A stretch of DNA of 37,105 bases, taken from the IMG/VR virus record IMGVR_UViG_3300006802_000040; one strand, written 5' to 3'. Position 1 is the stretch's first letter. Every line of letters starts with the position of its first letter. The position numbers and the translations under genes were made by a program. The notes beneath the pieces are model-generated. The model saw only the letters and a program-made list of their open reading frames with translations. It was not told the origin of the DNA and searched no databases. This DNA is from a virus. Positions 8,647 to 16,658 of the stretch are shown here, in pieces.

Positions 8647-10151
8647 GCAGAGCCTCCACCGCGGCGGCGGCCGTAACGCTGCACGGGCTCTGGCACGTAA
8701 TCGGGCGTGAACCCGCATGCGCCGGTCATGTAAGCATCGGCGCCATGCGAGGCCCAATCATGCAGCGGTTCGCTGCGGTATGTTGCGCGGCGCTCATCCC
8801 AGGCTTTCTTGTAATTGTCCAAGCATTGGATGCCGCGCGAGCAATGCTCCTCGTCGATCCAGCTCATTGACAGCATATTGCGCGCGGCTTCGATGGCGTT
8901 CATCTTGTTGTCGATGCGGGGAACGACTTGGAACGCAATGCCGAGATCGCGCGCCACGTCGACCGTGGCCTTGGCGCCTGGCAGTATCCAATGCGAGTTG
9001 TCGAGATCGTGCGGGCCATAGTGCTTGCCGTAGGACCAGCCGCGCTCCGCCGCCTTCTCGCGCAAAATGCGGGCGTAGAACTCGACGCCCTCTCCGCTGT
9101 TCTCGTAGTAGTCCACGAAATGGTGCATCTGCCCTAAGTTCTGGTGGAACCAGATTGACGTGTTGTCGTCCTTGCCGATGTCCCAGAACGTGTTGACGGG
9201 ACGGGACGGATCGAGCGGCACGAGCCCAATCCGCTTGGTCTCTCGGGCCTTGGTCATCTGAGTCTTGAAGTATGCGCCTTCGACGCTGGCAGCAAATGCC
9301 TCATCCAAGTAGGACGGAAACTCCCGGCCCATGTCGTCGGGGCCTATCAATTTCCGTTTCATCACGTACCAGTTCTTCTGCTCCTGGCTGAGCTTGACGC
9401 CGTGCTTTGCCTCTAGGTCTCGAAAATACTCAACCATCTCTTGCGTGATGATAGCGGGCTGCGCATCCGCGTAGTTTGGATTGCGGTGCCAAGGGTAAAA
9501 GTGAAGCTTGAATTGCTGCCGGCTGAGCTTGCGCCCTAGCTTGGCCTCGGCGTCCGCTTCTTTCACAATGTCGTGGAAATCGCCGCCGACACCTTCCGCA
9601 GTGCTCTCCACGAAAATCATCTGTCCTATGTGCACCGTGCCGAATGCGCCGGTTCTGATCTCGCGCGCCTTGTCGGGATATTGCGCACTAATTTTCCCGT
9701 ACTCTGACACGTGGAGAATCTGCAGCGTGCCGCCGCGATGGCTGGTCCCTACTGCAACGCCGCTGCCGTTCTTCCATTGCAGTTCGTGCGCGTTCTCTTT
9801 GGTTAGTGGGATCTGCTTGCGTATCTCTGGCGGCAGACCCTCATAGGCAAACTTGATTTTCTCCAGCTTGCCCTTAGCGTCGTCTATCGTGCTATCCACA
9901 ATGCCGGCGCTCGTGTTCGGGCGGAACAGGCATGTGTCGAGAATGAAGATTGCTATGAACGTGCTGAACCCGAGCTGACGGGCTTTAGGAATCACGTTCA
10001 ATGTGTGCAGGCCATCCCAGAGTTGACGCTGTGCCTCGTTGGGCACGAACTTCACCTCGACGCCGTTCTCGTCCTTAACCCTGTAGAGATTGCAGAGGCG
10101 CCACCAGCGATTGCCAAGCAGCGCGGCAAGGGCATCAGCTTGCGTCGTCAT
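8634..10151 (-). CDS. terL: Terminase large subunit, 505 aa
   Basis: Walker-A-like PKARQLGFST and a nuclease-domain C-terminus. ATG 10151 was chosen; GTG 10208 is an alternative. The 3' end overlaps the portal start. Confidence 0.9.
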   Translation of the reverse strand: MTTQADALAALLGNRWWRLCNLYRVKDENGVEVKFVPNEAQRQLWDGLHTLNVIPKARQLGFSTFIAIFILDTCLFRPNTSAGIVDSTIDDAKGKLEKIKFAYEGLPPEIRKQIPLTKENAHELQWKNGSGVAVGTSHRGGTLQILHVSEYGKISAQYPDKAREIRTGAFGTVHIGQMIFVESTAEGVGGDFHDIVKEADAEAKLGRKLSRQQFKLHFYPWHRNPNYADAQPAIITQEMVEYFRDLEAKHGVKLSQEQKNWYVMKRKLIGPDDMGREFPSYLDEAFAASVEGAYFKTQMTKARETKRIGLVPLDPSRPVNTFWDIGKDDNTSIWFHQNLGQMHHFVDYYENSGEGVEFYARILREKAAERGWSYGKHYGPHDLDNSHWILPGAKATVDVARDLGIAFQVVPRIDNKMNAIEAARNMLSMSWIDEEHCSRGIQCLDNYKKAWDERRATYRSEPLHDWASHGADAYMTGACGFTPDYVPEPVQRYGRRRGGGSAWAA

Positions 10152-10623
10152 CTTTGGGGAAAACTGGTCCTGTTGCAATGCGGGCCAGAAGTGCCGCCAG
10201 ATCTCCACCCGCGTTCAGGTTGGTCGTGTTCTCGGTCTTGTCGCCGTAGATCTTCGGCAGCATGCGGGCCAGCGCCCATTTGCGGGTGTCGACACGAAGC
10301 CTTGAGCGCGCCATGTGCTCGCCGTTGGCCTCATACCCTGGATTGTCCTTGTCGTTACGCTCCATCCAGTCGTTTGAGCCGTTGTCGGCAATTTCAAACA
10401 ATTCGTCGGCCATGGAGTGGTAAGCTACCTCTCTGGCCCGCGCGTATTGCGCATAAAACGGATGGGTTTCCTGTAGCGCCCATGCCCTCACGGTTGACTC
10501 GCGCGGCATTCCCTCATCGCGGCAGATGGCTCTTAGGCTTTCACCATCGGCAAGCCGCGAGCAAATGGTTGCAGCCAACTCTTCGCTGTAGATCGTCGGA
10601 CGCCCCGGACCTGCACCACTCAC
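10135..10623 (-). CDS. terS: Terminase small subunit (HTH type), 162 aa
   Basis: GRPTIYSEELAATICSRLADGESLRAICRDEGMPRESTVRAW...RLRVDTRKWALARMLPKIYGDK is a typical small-terminase pattern. GTG 10623 overlaps the upstream stop (GTGA), with AAGGTGA upstream. The track start at 10665 is a TTG. Confidence 0.7.
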   Translation of the reverse strand: MSGAGPGRPTIYSEELAATICSRLADGESLRAICRDEGMPRESTVRAWALQETHPFYAQYARAREVAYHSMADELFEIADNGSNDWMERNDKDNPGYEANGEHMARSRLRVDTRKWALARMLPKIYGDKTENTTNLNAGGDLAALLARIATGPVFPKDDDAS

Positions 10624-10826
10624 TTGCTCACCTTCTCTGCTAGGCTCCTCATGGCCATGGCCCAATCCTTGGGGACCACGTCCATATGCTCGATGATGGC
10701 CCTATCGATGTGATAGCGGTCTGCATCAGGCATGGTGTCGTAGTCGGCCATTACGGCAGCGATGGACTCAGCAAAGCGCTCTCTTGCTGTCTTGGGCTTA
10801 GGGGGTGACTTGGTGGCCGTGGTCAT
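10620..10826 (-). CDS. Hypothetical protein, 68 aa
   Basis: ATG overlaps the upstream stop (ATGA). Its own stop overlaps the terS GTG. Confidence 0.5.
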   Translation of the reverse strand: MTTATKSPPKPKTARERFAESIAAVMADYDTMPDADRYHIDRAIIEHMDVVPKDWAMAMRSLAEKVSK

Positions 10827-11815
10827 GCGGCAGCTTTCATCCCTGCGACGAGCGCCGCGGCATCGCCGAGCCTCATGTGCTCGCGCTTGGGGGGTGTTTC
10901 ACGTGCAACGTGTGGGGTGGGCTGGGCAATGGGGGCGTCGGGCTCGTCAGTGCGCGCGCGGCGGAACAAGCCAGCGGCAAAGAAGCAAAGCGCGGGCAGG
11001 CCGGTGCCGGCCAGTGCCATAGCGAGATTGGCTGAAAGCTGGGTGCCTTCCTCCGTCTTGGCGTCAGGCTGCAACTCGCCTTGTCCGAAATACGCGACGG
11101 CCTTGGACAAGAAAGCGTTCATGTGCTCGGTCTGGCTCGACTTGAACTCGACCGTGGCAGCCTTGCCGCGCAGCTCCTCGAGCTTGGCTGTAGCGTGCTT
11201 GATGCGATCGTCCAGGGTTTTGGTTTCCTCAAGCACGGCAATGCGAGAAGCCACCTCGTCGCGCTCTTGCGTACGGGCGAGGCAACGCTGCTTGCAGCCG
11301 CCGCGGGCGGCCTCCTGATCGATGGCAAGGTTCAAGCTGGCCATGCGGGCTCGGAGGGCGTCGGCCGTAACTGAAGCCGTCCAGCCGTTCTGCTGGATGA
11401 GATCAGCGCGGCGCTTGGTCCAGAATGCGATCTGGCTACCCACCTCCTCTACGTTGTCCTGAGCGCCCTTGTGCTTGACGTTCTGCACGCGCGTGACGGC
11501 CATGTCGTGGCCGCGAATGCCGGCCGTATATGCCGCGTGCTGGCCGAACTCGACAGCGAGCAGCGGGATGCAGAGGAGGCCGAGAACGAGAGCCATTGCC
11601 TTTCGGCCCTGCTGCCACATGAACTCAGCCGTGACGGGCAGGAATGCCGCGACGAACGACAGGATCACGAGAAACAGGGCATGGGCGAGCGTCATCTTGA
11701 GCCCGACCATGAAGGACATCCAAGACGCTGCAATGAGAGCGGCGACGCCGAAGTTGAGCCAGAGACGGCCCCACGGGCTGAGGTCTCCGAACAGGTCTTT
11801 CATGATCTGCTTCAC
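10823..11815 (-). CDS. Inner-membrane protein with 3 N-terminal TM helices, ~190-aa coiled-coil region and a 4th TM helix, ~330 aa
   Basis: Hydrophobic stretches: WLNFGVAALIAASWMSFMVGL, LAHALFLVILSFVAAFLPV, AMALVLGLLCIPLLAV and LAMALAGTGLPALCFFAAGLF, the last followed by RRAR. GTG 11815 lies 7 nt after GGAGG. The track start at 11860 is a TTG; ATG 11803 is also possible. Confidence 0.6.
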   Translation of the reverse strand: MKQIMKDLFGDLSPWGRLWLNFGVAALIAASWMSFMVGLKMTLAHALFLVILSFVAAFLPVTAEFMWQQGRKAMALVLGLLCIPLLAVEFGQHAAYTAGIRGHDMAVTRVQNVKHKGAQDNVEEVGSQIAFWTKRRADLIQQNGWTASVTADALRARMASLNLAIDQEAARGGCKQRCLARTQERDEVASRIAVLEETKTLDDRIKHATAKLEELRGKAATVEFKSSQTEHMNAFLSKAVAYFGQGELQPDAKTEEGTQLSANLAMALAGTGLPALCFFAAGLFRRARTDEPDAPIAQPTPHVARETPPKREHMRLGDAAALVAGMKAAA

Positions 11816-11841
11816 GGGTGAGCCTCCATTGAGTGATACGC

Positions 11842-11955
11842 TCACGGGCGCGGCGGGCAATTATTTGAGGCACCATCGTCCAGAGTGACGGCGTTTGCAG
11901 TCGCGACGCAGTGGACTAGCATGATGAACACGATCCAGAGGATGACGAGGGACAT
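11842..11955 (-). CDS. Unlisted 37-aa hydrophobic/signal-peptide-like micro-protein
   Basis: ATG 11955-11953 overlaps the stop of the OMP gene (ATGA). Translation: MSLVILWIVFIMLVHCVATANAVTLDDGASNNCPPRP. Third-codon positions are G/C-rich. Below the track's 60-aa cutoff. Confidence 0.35.
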   Translation of the reverse strand: MSLVILWIVFIMLVHCVATANAVTLDDGASNNCPPRP

Positions 11956-12491
11956 CAGAAGCGATACCGCAGCCCGACCATCGTGATCACGTCATCCTTG
12001 GTTACGCCCGTGCCCCACTTCGCAATCGGAGTAGATGCCTCGACGAACCCGGACACTCCGTCGCGGAACAGGGTAGTTTCCAGACCTGCCCCCAGAGCGA
12101 GCTGTCCCAGGTCTCGGGCCTTCCAGTCCTTAATCCGCCAGTCGATGAGCCCATAAAGGCCGACGTGGGGATTGAGGGCAAAGCCGAGCTTGCCGTAAAG
12201 GGAGCCGCCGCGTCCCTCGCTCTCGCCGAAGAAGGCACGAAAGCCGCCGCCGATGATGCCGATGCCGAGCTTGGCGTCGCAGCCGAATCCGAGCGCGCCG
12301 TTGGCAAGCCTGTCACCCTGAGCGAGAAAGGTGCCCTGCAAGCCCGCCTCGGCGTAGCAGCCGGACAGAGCCTTGGGCGTTGCCGCGATGATTTGCTCGA
12401 GCGTAGCGGGCGGGCCGCCCTTGTCGGCGGCGTGAGCGTGTGAGGCAATCAGGGCCAGCGCAATGCCGGCAAATGCTGCGAATTTCCGCAT
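11955..12491 (-). CDS. Outer-membrane beta-barrel protein (Omp25/31- or Lom/Ail-like moron), 178 aa
   Basis: ATG 12491 follows GGAG. Signal peptide MRKFAAFAGIALALIASHAHA|ADK. Alternating amphipathic strands and the C-terminal signature VGLRYRF. Confidence 0.75.
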   Translation of the reverse strand: MRKFAAFAGIALALIASHAHAADKGGPPATLEQIIAATPKALSGCYAEAGLQGTFLAQGDRLANGALGFGCDAKLGIGIIGGGFRAFFGESEGRGGSLYGKLGFALNPHVGLYGLIDWRIKDWKARDLGQLALGAGLETTLFRDGVSGFVEASTPIAKWGTGVTKDDVITMVGLRYRF

Positions 12492-12644
12492 AGTGTCCGG
12501 CTCCGTTGGCTGGCGTTCACGTGGGTTGAAGTAGTGTCCCCTGACCGGTCGACGTGGAGGATGTTCCGGTGCTGTGCGGGCGGGCCGGCTGGGGTGCAAT
12601 CCGGTCAGGGGATTCCGTAAGCGTAGGGTGGGTGAGTGGCGTAT

Positions 12645-12674
12645 GCAGAAAGGGCGGCCCGGTGAGGAGCCGCC
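12645..12674 (-). terminator. Weak intrinsic-terminator-like hairpin between the NusG-like gene and the OMP gene
   Basis: Minus strand reads GGCGGC-ucctcaccgg-GCCGCC followed by CUUUCUGC. The stem is only 6 bp and the U-tract is poor. Confidence 0.25.
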
Positions 12675-12792
12675 TTGGTGCTTTGGGCGCATGTTTAGAT
12701 TAGGGGGCTCAACGGGTTTACCGGAGCCAGGGGCCGCACGCTGAGATCAGCGGCTCGTCCTCATGCGCGTGTGCCATATTTCAGCCGCAAGG

Positions 12793-13236
12793 TCAACCGG
12801 GCCGAATGCGCAAGTAGTGAATAGCTTGCCTGTGTGTCTTGCCGAACAACGACACGGCGACAATGCACATGCGGCCTCTGATGTCAGACACCGTGCCGCT
12901 GAGCTCGCCGATGAGCACGCGCTGGCCGATCTTGAACGGGCTAGCCTCGTCTGCGCGGCGCTTGGGCTTGTCGAGGTACAGCCGGCCAAGCTCAGCCTTT
13001 GAAACCTCGCCGAGCGGAGCGCCTCGCACGTGCTTGGCATAGGCCGCACTGAGAGCGCCCTTTGCGAACACGTAGCCAGGGGCCGGGGCTGGTGGCTTGC
13101 CGGTAAACGGGCTGCGCTTGCCGCCGCGATCACGCGGCACATAGGCTCGAATGCCGGCTTGGCGAAGCTCCAGTGCTGCCTTGTGCTCTGAGTTGGGAGG
13201 GCATCGGTAAACGACGGCGCGGTTGCTCATGCTCAT
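12793..13236 (-). CDS. NusG/RfaH-like transcription antitermination factor (NGN + KOW), 147 aa
   Basis: NGN-like AVVYRCPPNSEHKAALELRQAGIRAYVPR...PGYVFAKG. KOW-like FKIGQRVLIGELSGTVSDIRGRMCIVAVSLFGKTHRQAIHYLRI. It is the last gene before the late region. Confidence 0.6.
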   Translation of the reverse strand: MSMSNRAVVYRCPPNSEHKAALELRQAGIRAYVPRDRGGKRSPFTGKPPAPAPGYVFAKGALSAAYAKHVRGAPLGEVSKAELGRLYLDKPKRRADEASPFKIGQRVLIGELSGTVSDIRGRMCIVAVSLFGKTHRQAIHYLRIRPG

Positions 13237-13544
13237 GGTGTCCCGTTCGATACGCGGGCACGCTGTTTTTTCAGGTTCCGAACGCGGGCTCTGACGCGCT
13301 CAAGAGTGGCTTTGGTGGCCTTCAGTTCCTTTATTTTCTCCTCGTGCTTTTGGTAGAAGTAGGACCGATCGCTCAGCCAATGCCTGGCATCGTCCGCGTC
13401 GACAGAGACCGACGAACAGCAGTAGGTCGAAAGCGTTTCGACAGGCACAGGATCGCGGTGACACGGGCCGGAAACCTTGGGCTTGTTGTCCTCGTTCCAG
13501 CTATTGAGATCGCCTTTCCAGTGCCTGCAGACGCGGCACGTCAT
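13233..13544 (-). CDS. Hypothetical Cys-rich protein, 103 aa
   Basis: ATGA overlaps at both ends. Begins MTCRVCRHW... Confidence 0.5.
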   Translation of the reverse strand: MTCRVCRHWKGDLNSWNEDNKPKVSGPCHRDPVPVETLSTYCCSSVSVDADDARHWLSDRSYFYQKHEEKIKELKATKATLERVRARVRNLKKQRARVSNGTP

Positions 13545-13870
13545 TCGGCCTCCTCTCCTCTAGCGCGGATGGCCGCGGCGATTTTCTGAGCGCGATCATT
13601 GCCGGGACCGTATGGCTCAAAGGTGCGTAGGTGATCATCGGCGATCTGTGCGCACGCCTCGCGCTCGGCTGCGATCATCCGGCCGACAATGTCCCATAGC
13701 TCGGCCTCGGCTGCTGTGTTGCCGACGTGCTGATAGGCCCAGGCTTGAATTTCTCTCATTTTGGTAAACCCGTATTCGCATGGCCCGAGGCCACACCGTT
13801 TGCAGTAGCGCGGGGCGGCCAAGCGCGCCGCCCGCCGAGCACCTGCACAATCAGCCAGACGCAACGTCAC
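13541..13870 (-). CDS. Hypothetical protein (start uncertain), ~109 aa
   Basis: The track start at 13885 is a GTG. GTG 13870 overlaps the upstream micro-ORF stop (GTGA). ATG 13759 is also possible. Confidence 0.45.
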   Translation of the reverse strand: MTLRLADCAGARRAARLAAPRYCKRCGLGPCEYGFTKMREIQAWAYQHVGNTAAEAELWDIVGRMIAAEREACAQIADDHLRTFEPYGPGNDRAQKIAAAIRARGEEAE

Positions 13871-14028
13871 TTCACAGCCCTCCACTTGCGCTTGTTCTTG
13901 GCTGCATACTGAGCGTGCGGGCTGAGCTTGGCGCGCTTGGGCTTGGGCTCGAGCTTACCATCGTCAGTGGCCTTGAATGAGCCGCCGATGGGGATGCCTT
14001 TCAGCTTGGGACGGGGTTTGAGGGGCAT
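13867..14028 (-). CDS. Unlisted 53-aa Lys/Pro-rich basic protein
   Basis: ATG 14028 lies 5 nt after the methyltransferase stop. Translation: MPLKPRPKLKGIPIGGSFKATDDGKLEPKPKRAKLSPHAQYAAKNKRKWRAVK. Strong G/C bias at the third codon position. Confidence 0.4.
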   Translation of the reverse strand: MPLKPRPKLKGIPIGGSFKATDDGKLEPKPKRAKLSPHAQYAAKNKRKWRAVK

Positions 14029-14033
14029 GTGGT

Positions 14034-14876
14034 TCACGCTGATGTTGGGGTTACGGTGCGGTCATCGGCTTGTTGAGCTTGGAGCGAGGCGAGGATCGCG
14101 CGGCCGATGAGTTCCGGGACCGCGGGATAAATGCCGTTGCCGATGGCTCGATTGCGCTCCATTCCGAAGGCAACCCCATCAGCGTTTCCGTAAAGCGCGG
14201 ATGGATTCGCCATCCGTGCGTTTTCACGAGCGCGTGCACCCGCAAGATCGTAGATTTCTTGTATCGGCCGGTTCTTTCGTGCAGCGGAATGCCGAATCCC
14301 CGACCGTCCATGCTCGCCGTCGGGGTAGGCCACAACGAACACGCGCTGTCGCATGTGTGGCGCACCCACGGCGCACGCCGATATAACTTGCCATTCTGCA
14401 TCATACCCGAGGTCGGCCAAGTTTCCGAGAACAGTTCCCATTCCGTCATCGAGCAGCGCTGCCACGTTCTCCAAGATTGCGTAACGGGGTCGTATCTCGC
14501 CAATGAGTCGCGCGAACTCGCTCCACAATCCAGAGCGCTCGCCGGCAAGCCCTGCTCCAGTCCCAGCTCGAGAAACGTCCTGGCACGGGAACCCTCCACA
14601 GATGACATCGACGGCAATTCCGTCTCTGGAAAGAGCATCGGCTGTGAGGGTTCGCACGTCGTCATAGATGGGCACCTTGGGCCAGTGTTTCTTGAGCACG
14701 CGGCGGGGATAGTCCTCGATCTCGCAGAAGGCGACGGTCTCGAATCCGCCTGTGCGCTCGAGGCCAAGCGAGAAGCCGCCGATGCCGGAAAACAGATCGA
14801 GCACCTTCAGCTTCGGTGTCCTCTCCGCTGCTGTTTCTAGGGCGAGAGCGAGGTGGTAGGCGCTCGCGGGGATCAT
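14034..14876 (-). CDS. dcm: DNA (cytosine-5)-methyltransferase, 280 aa
   Basis: Motif I DLFSGIGGFSLG, motif IV GGFPCQDVS, motif VI ILENV, motif VIII RQRVFVV, motif X GNGIYP. ATG 14876 overlaps the upstream stop (ATGA). The track's longer N-terminus is Arg-rich and non-coding-looking. Confidence 0.9.
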   Translation of the reverse strand: MIPASAYHLALALETAAERTPKLKVLDLFSGIGGFSLGLERTGGFETVAFCEIEDYPRRVLKKHWPKVPIYDDVRTLTADALSRDGIAVDVICGGFPCQDVSRAGTGAGLAGERSGLWSEFARLIGEIRPRYAILENVAALLDDGMGTVLGNLADLGYDAEWQVISACAVGAPHMRQRVFVVAYPDGEHGRSGIRHSAARKNRPIQEIYDLAGARARENARMANPSALYGNADGVAFGMERNRAIGNGIYPAVPELIGRAILASLQAQQADDRTVTPTSA

Positions 14877-15118
14877 GGGCTGCGCTCCCGCTCTGTCACC
14901 TCGGCAAGCAGGTCGCGCGCTTCTTGCCAAGCGCCATATTCGACAAGCTCCATGGCCTCGAAAACGCTGTTCGCAATTCGCTTGTTCCGCTCCATCATCT
15001 CCCGCACTTCTGCGGCCATGTCGTTGAGCTGCGCGGCTCGTCTTTCGATCAGGAACAACAGCCCAAACTGGGCAACCAAGCCGAGACCGATCAGGATTGT
15101 TGCTGTCTCGTGGCTCAT
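14873..15118 (-). CDS. Small membrane protein (one N-terminal TM), 81 aa
   Basis: ATILIGLGLVAQFGLLFLI followed by a helical charged tail. ATGA overlaps at both ends. Confidence 0.5.
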   Translation of the reverse strand: MSHETATILIGLGLVAQFGLLFLIERRAAQLNDMAAEVREMMERNKRIANSVFEAMELVEYGAWQEARDLLAEVTERERSP

Positions 15119-15243
15119 GGCGGGGTGCCCTCTTTCGGCCAGACAAGCGTGACGATCGAGCCTTTCCGCTCCGTCATCACCCAGCCCTTGGCGATGTATT
15201 CAGCGGCCATGTCGGCCGGCACGCGCTTGTGCCAGTGGGTCAT
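15115..15243 (-). CDS. Unlisted 42-aa protein
   Basis: ATG 15243 overlaps the DnaB stop and its own stop overlaps the next ATG (ATGA at both ends). Translation: MTHWHKRVPADMAAEYIAKGWVMTERKGSIVTLVWPKEGTPP. Confidence 0.4.
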   Translation of the reverse strand: MTHWHKRVPADMAAEYIAKGWVMTERKGSIVTLVWPKEGTPP

Positions 15244-16658
15244 GCGAGCCCCCTCACTGCGTTGCAGCCCATGTCGCAGAACAAGTTGACGATGCCGGTC
15301 GGACCCATCCGGTTTTTCGCGACGATCACCTCGAGCGTGTTGCGCGTGGCCTCGAGCTCGGTTTGGCGTTTGAGCTCGGCCTGGCTGCCCAGATCGTGTT
15401 TGGTGCGCTCGAGGTAGTAGGCTTCCCGGTAGCAGAACAGCACCACGTCGGCGTCCTGCTCAAGCGAGCCGGAGTCCCTGAGATCGGACAGCGACGGGCG
15501 CTTGTTCTCCCGGCCTTCCGTGCCGCGGTTAAGCTGGGACAGCACGATCAAGGCAACGTCGTGCTCTTTCGCGATCTGGCCAAGGCCGGCGCTGATCTCA
15601 GTGACCTCGTGCACCCGGTTGCCGCGGTAGCGGTCGGATGCCTTGATGAACCCGAGATGGTCGATCACCACGAGCCCGAGCTTGACGCCTTCGCGCTCGA
15701 ACCGCTGCGCCTGAGCGCGAACCCTCGAGGCAATCTCGGCAATCGTCGGACGGCCGGTATCGTCCACCACGAGCGGGAGGCGGCGATAGTCTTCCGTCGC
15801 CGCCGCGATGGCCGACCAATCGCCTTGGGTCGTCTTGCGGGCGGCAAGGTTGTTGTACTCCACCCGCGATCTCGAGCTGTAGCAAAGGTCGGTTACAGCA
15901 CGCAGGCTGATCTCTCGAGCAGCCATCTCGAGCGACAGGAAGTAGACGCCAACGCCTGCCTTGGCCGTGCGCAGCATGGCCGATGTCGCAAGCGTCGTCT
16001 TGCCCATGGACGGGCGGCCGGCGATGATCGCGTATTGCTTGCGACGCCAGCCACCGCCTAGCGTCACGTCGAGATCGCGCAAGCCGCTGGTGATGATGGC
16101 CGATCCGTCATCGTTCAGCACGGACTCGAGGGCGTCCTGGATGGCATCGCCTATAGCAACGGGCTTGGCCTGCTTGGTGCGGGCCAGCGAAAGCACGTGA
16201 TCGAGCGCGGACACCGCCTCGGAGGCAATGGCCTTGATCGGGAGCTCGGCGTTGGTGCAGGCGCCGATCAGATCATGGCCGAGCGTGTAGAGCTTGCGCC
16301 GGGCGGCCATCTCGCGCACACCCTCGGCGTAGCCGGTGGCGTCGAGCGTGGCGAGGCCTCGAGCGGCGAGCCGGTTGAGGTAGGCCACCGCCGACAGGTC
16401 GGGCGCGATGTCGGGCCAGAGCTCGAGGTGAGGGCGCAGCGTGATCGGGCTGACCGGACGCTCCTCGGTGCGCATGGCGATCATCGCGCCGAACAGATGG
16501 GCATGGATCGGCTCGGCAAAGTCGCCGGGCTCGACAATGCCCTGAACGCGGTCGATAGCGCCGTTGTCGTGCAGCAGGGCGGCGAGCAGGGCAGCCTCGG
16601 CGTCGATGTTGGCCGGGGGCTCGATGCGGACGCGGTCAAGCACGGGCCACCCCCACAT
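15240..16658 (-). CDS. dnaB: Replicative DNA helicase DnaB, ~472 aa
   Basis: N-terminal PANIDAEAALLAALL, Walker A GRPSMGKTT, Walker B LVVIDHLG. ATG 16658 was chosen; the track start at 16709 is a TTG. Confidence 0.9.
   Translation of the reverse strand: MWGWPVLDRVRIEPPANIDAEAALLAALLHDNGAIDRVQGIVEPGDFAEPIHAHLFGAMIAMRTEERPVSPITLRPHLELWPDIAPDLSAVAYLNRLAARGLATLDATGYAEGVREMAARRKLYTLGHDLIGACTNAELPIKAIASEAVSALDHVLSLARTKQAKPVAIGDAIQDALESVLNDDGSAIITSGLRDLDVTLGGGWRRKQYAIIAGRPSMGKTTLATSAMLRTAKAGVGVYFLSLEMAAREISLRAVTDLCYSSRSRVEYNNLAARKTTQGDWSAIAAATEDYRRLPLVVDDTGRPTIAEIASRVRAQAQRFEREGVKLGLVVIDHLGFIKASDRYRGNRVHEVTEISAGLGQIAKEHDVALIVLSQLNRGTEGRENKRPSLSDLRDSGSLEQDADVVLFCYREAYYLERTKHDLGSQAELKRQTELEATRNTLEVIVAKNRMGPTGIVNLFCDMGCNAVRGLA

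Noticed and set aside
13233-15243. Restriction endonuclease partner for the C5 methyltransferase, or a toxin-antitoxin pair among the small neighbouring ORFs.
   Set aside because: The neighbours are 42-114-aa proteins with no nuclease (PD-(D/E)xK, HNH, GIY-YIG) or recognisable toxin motifs by eye. The methyltransferase is treated as an orphan.
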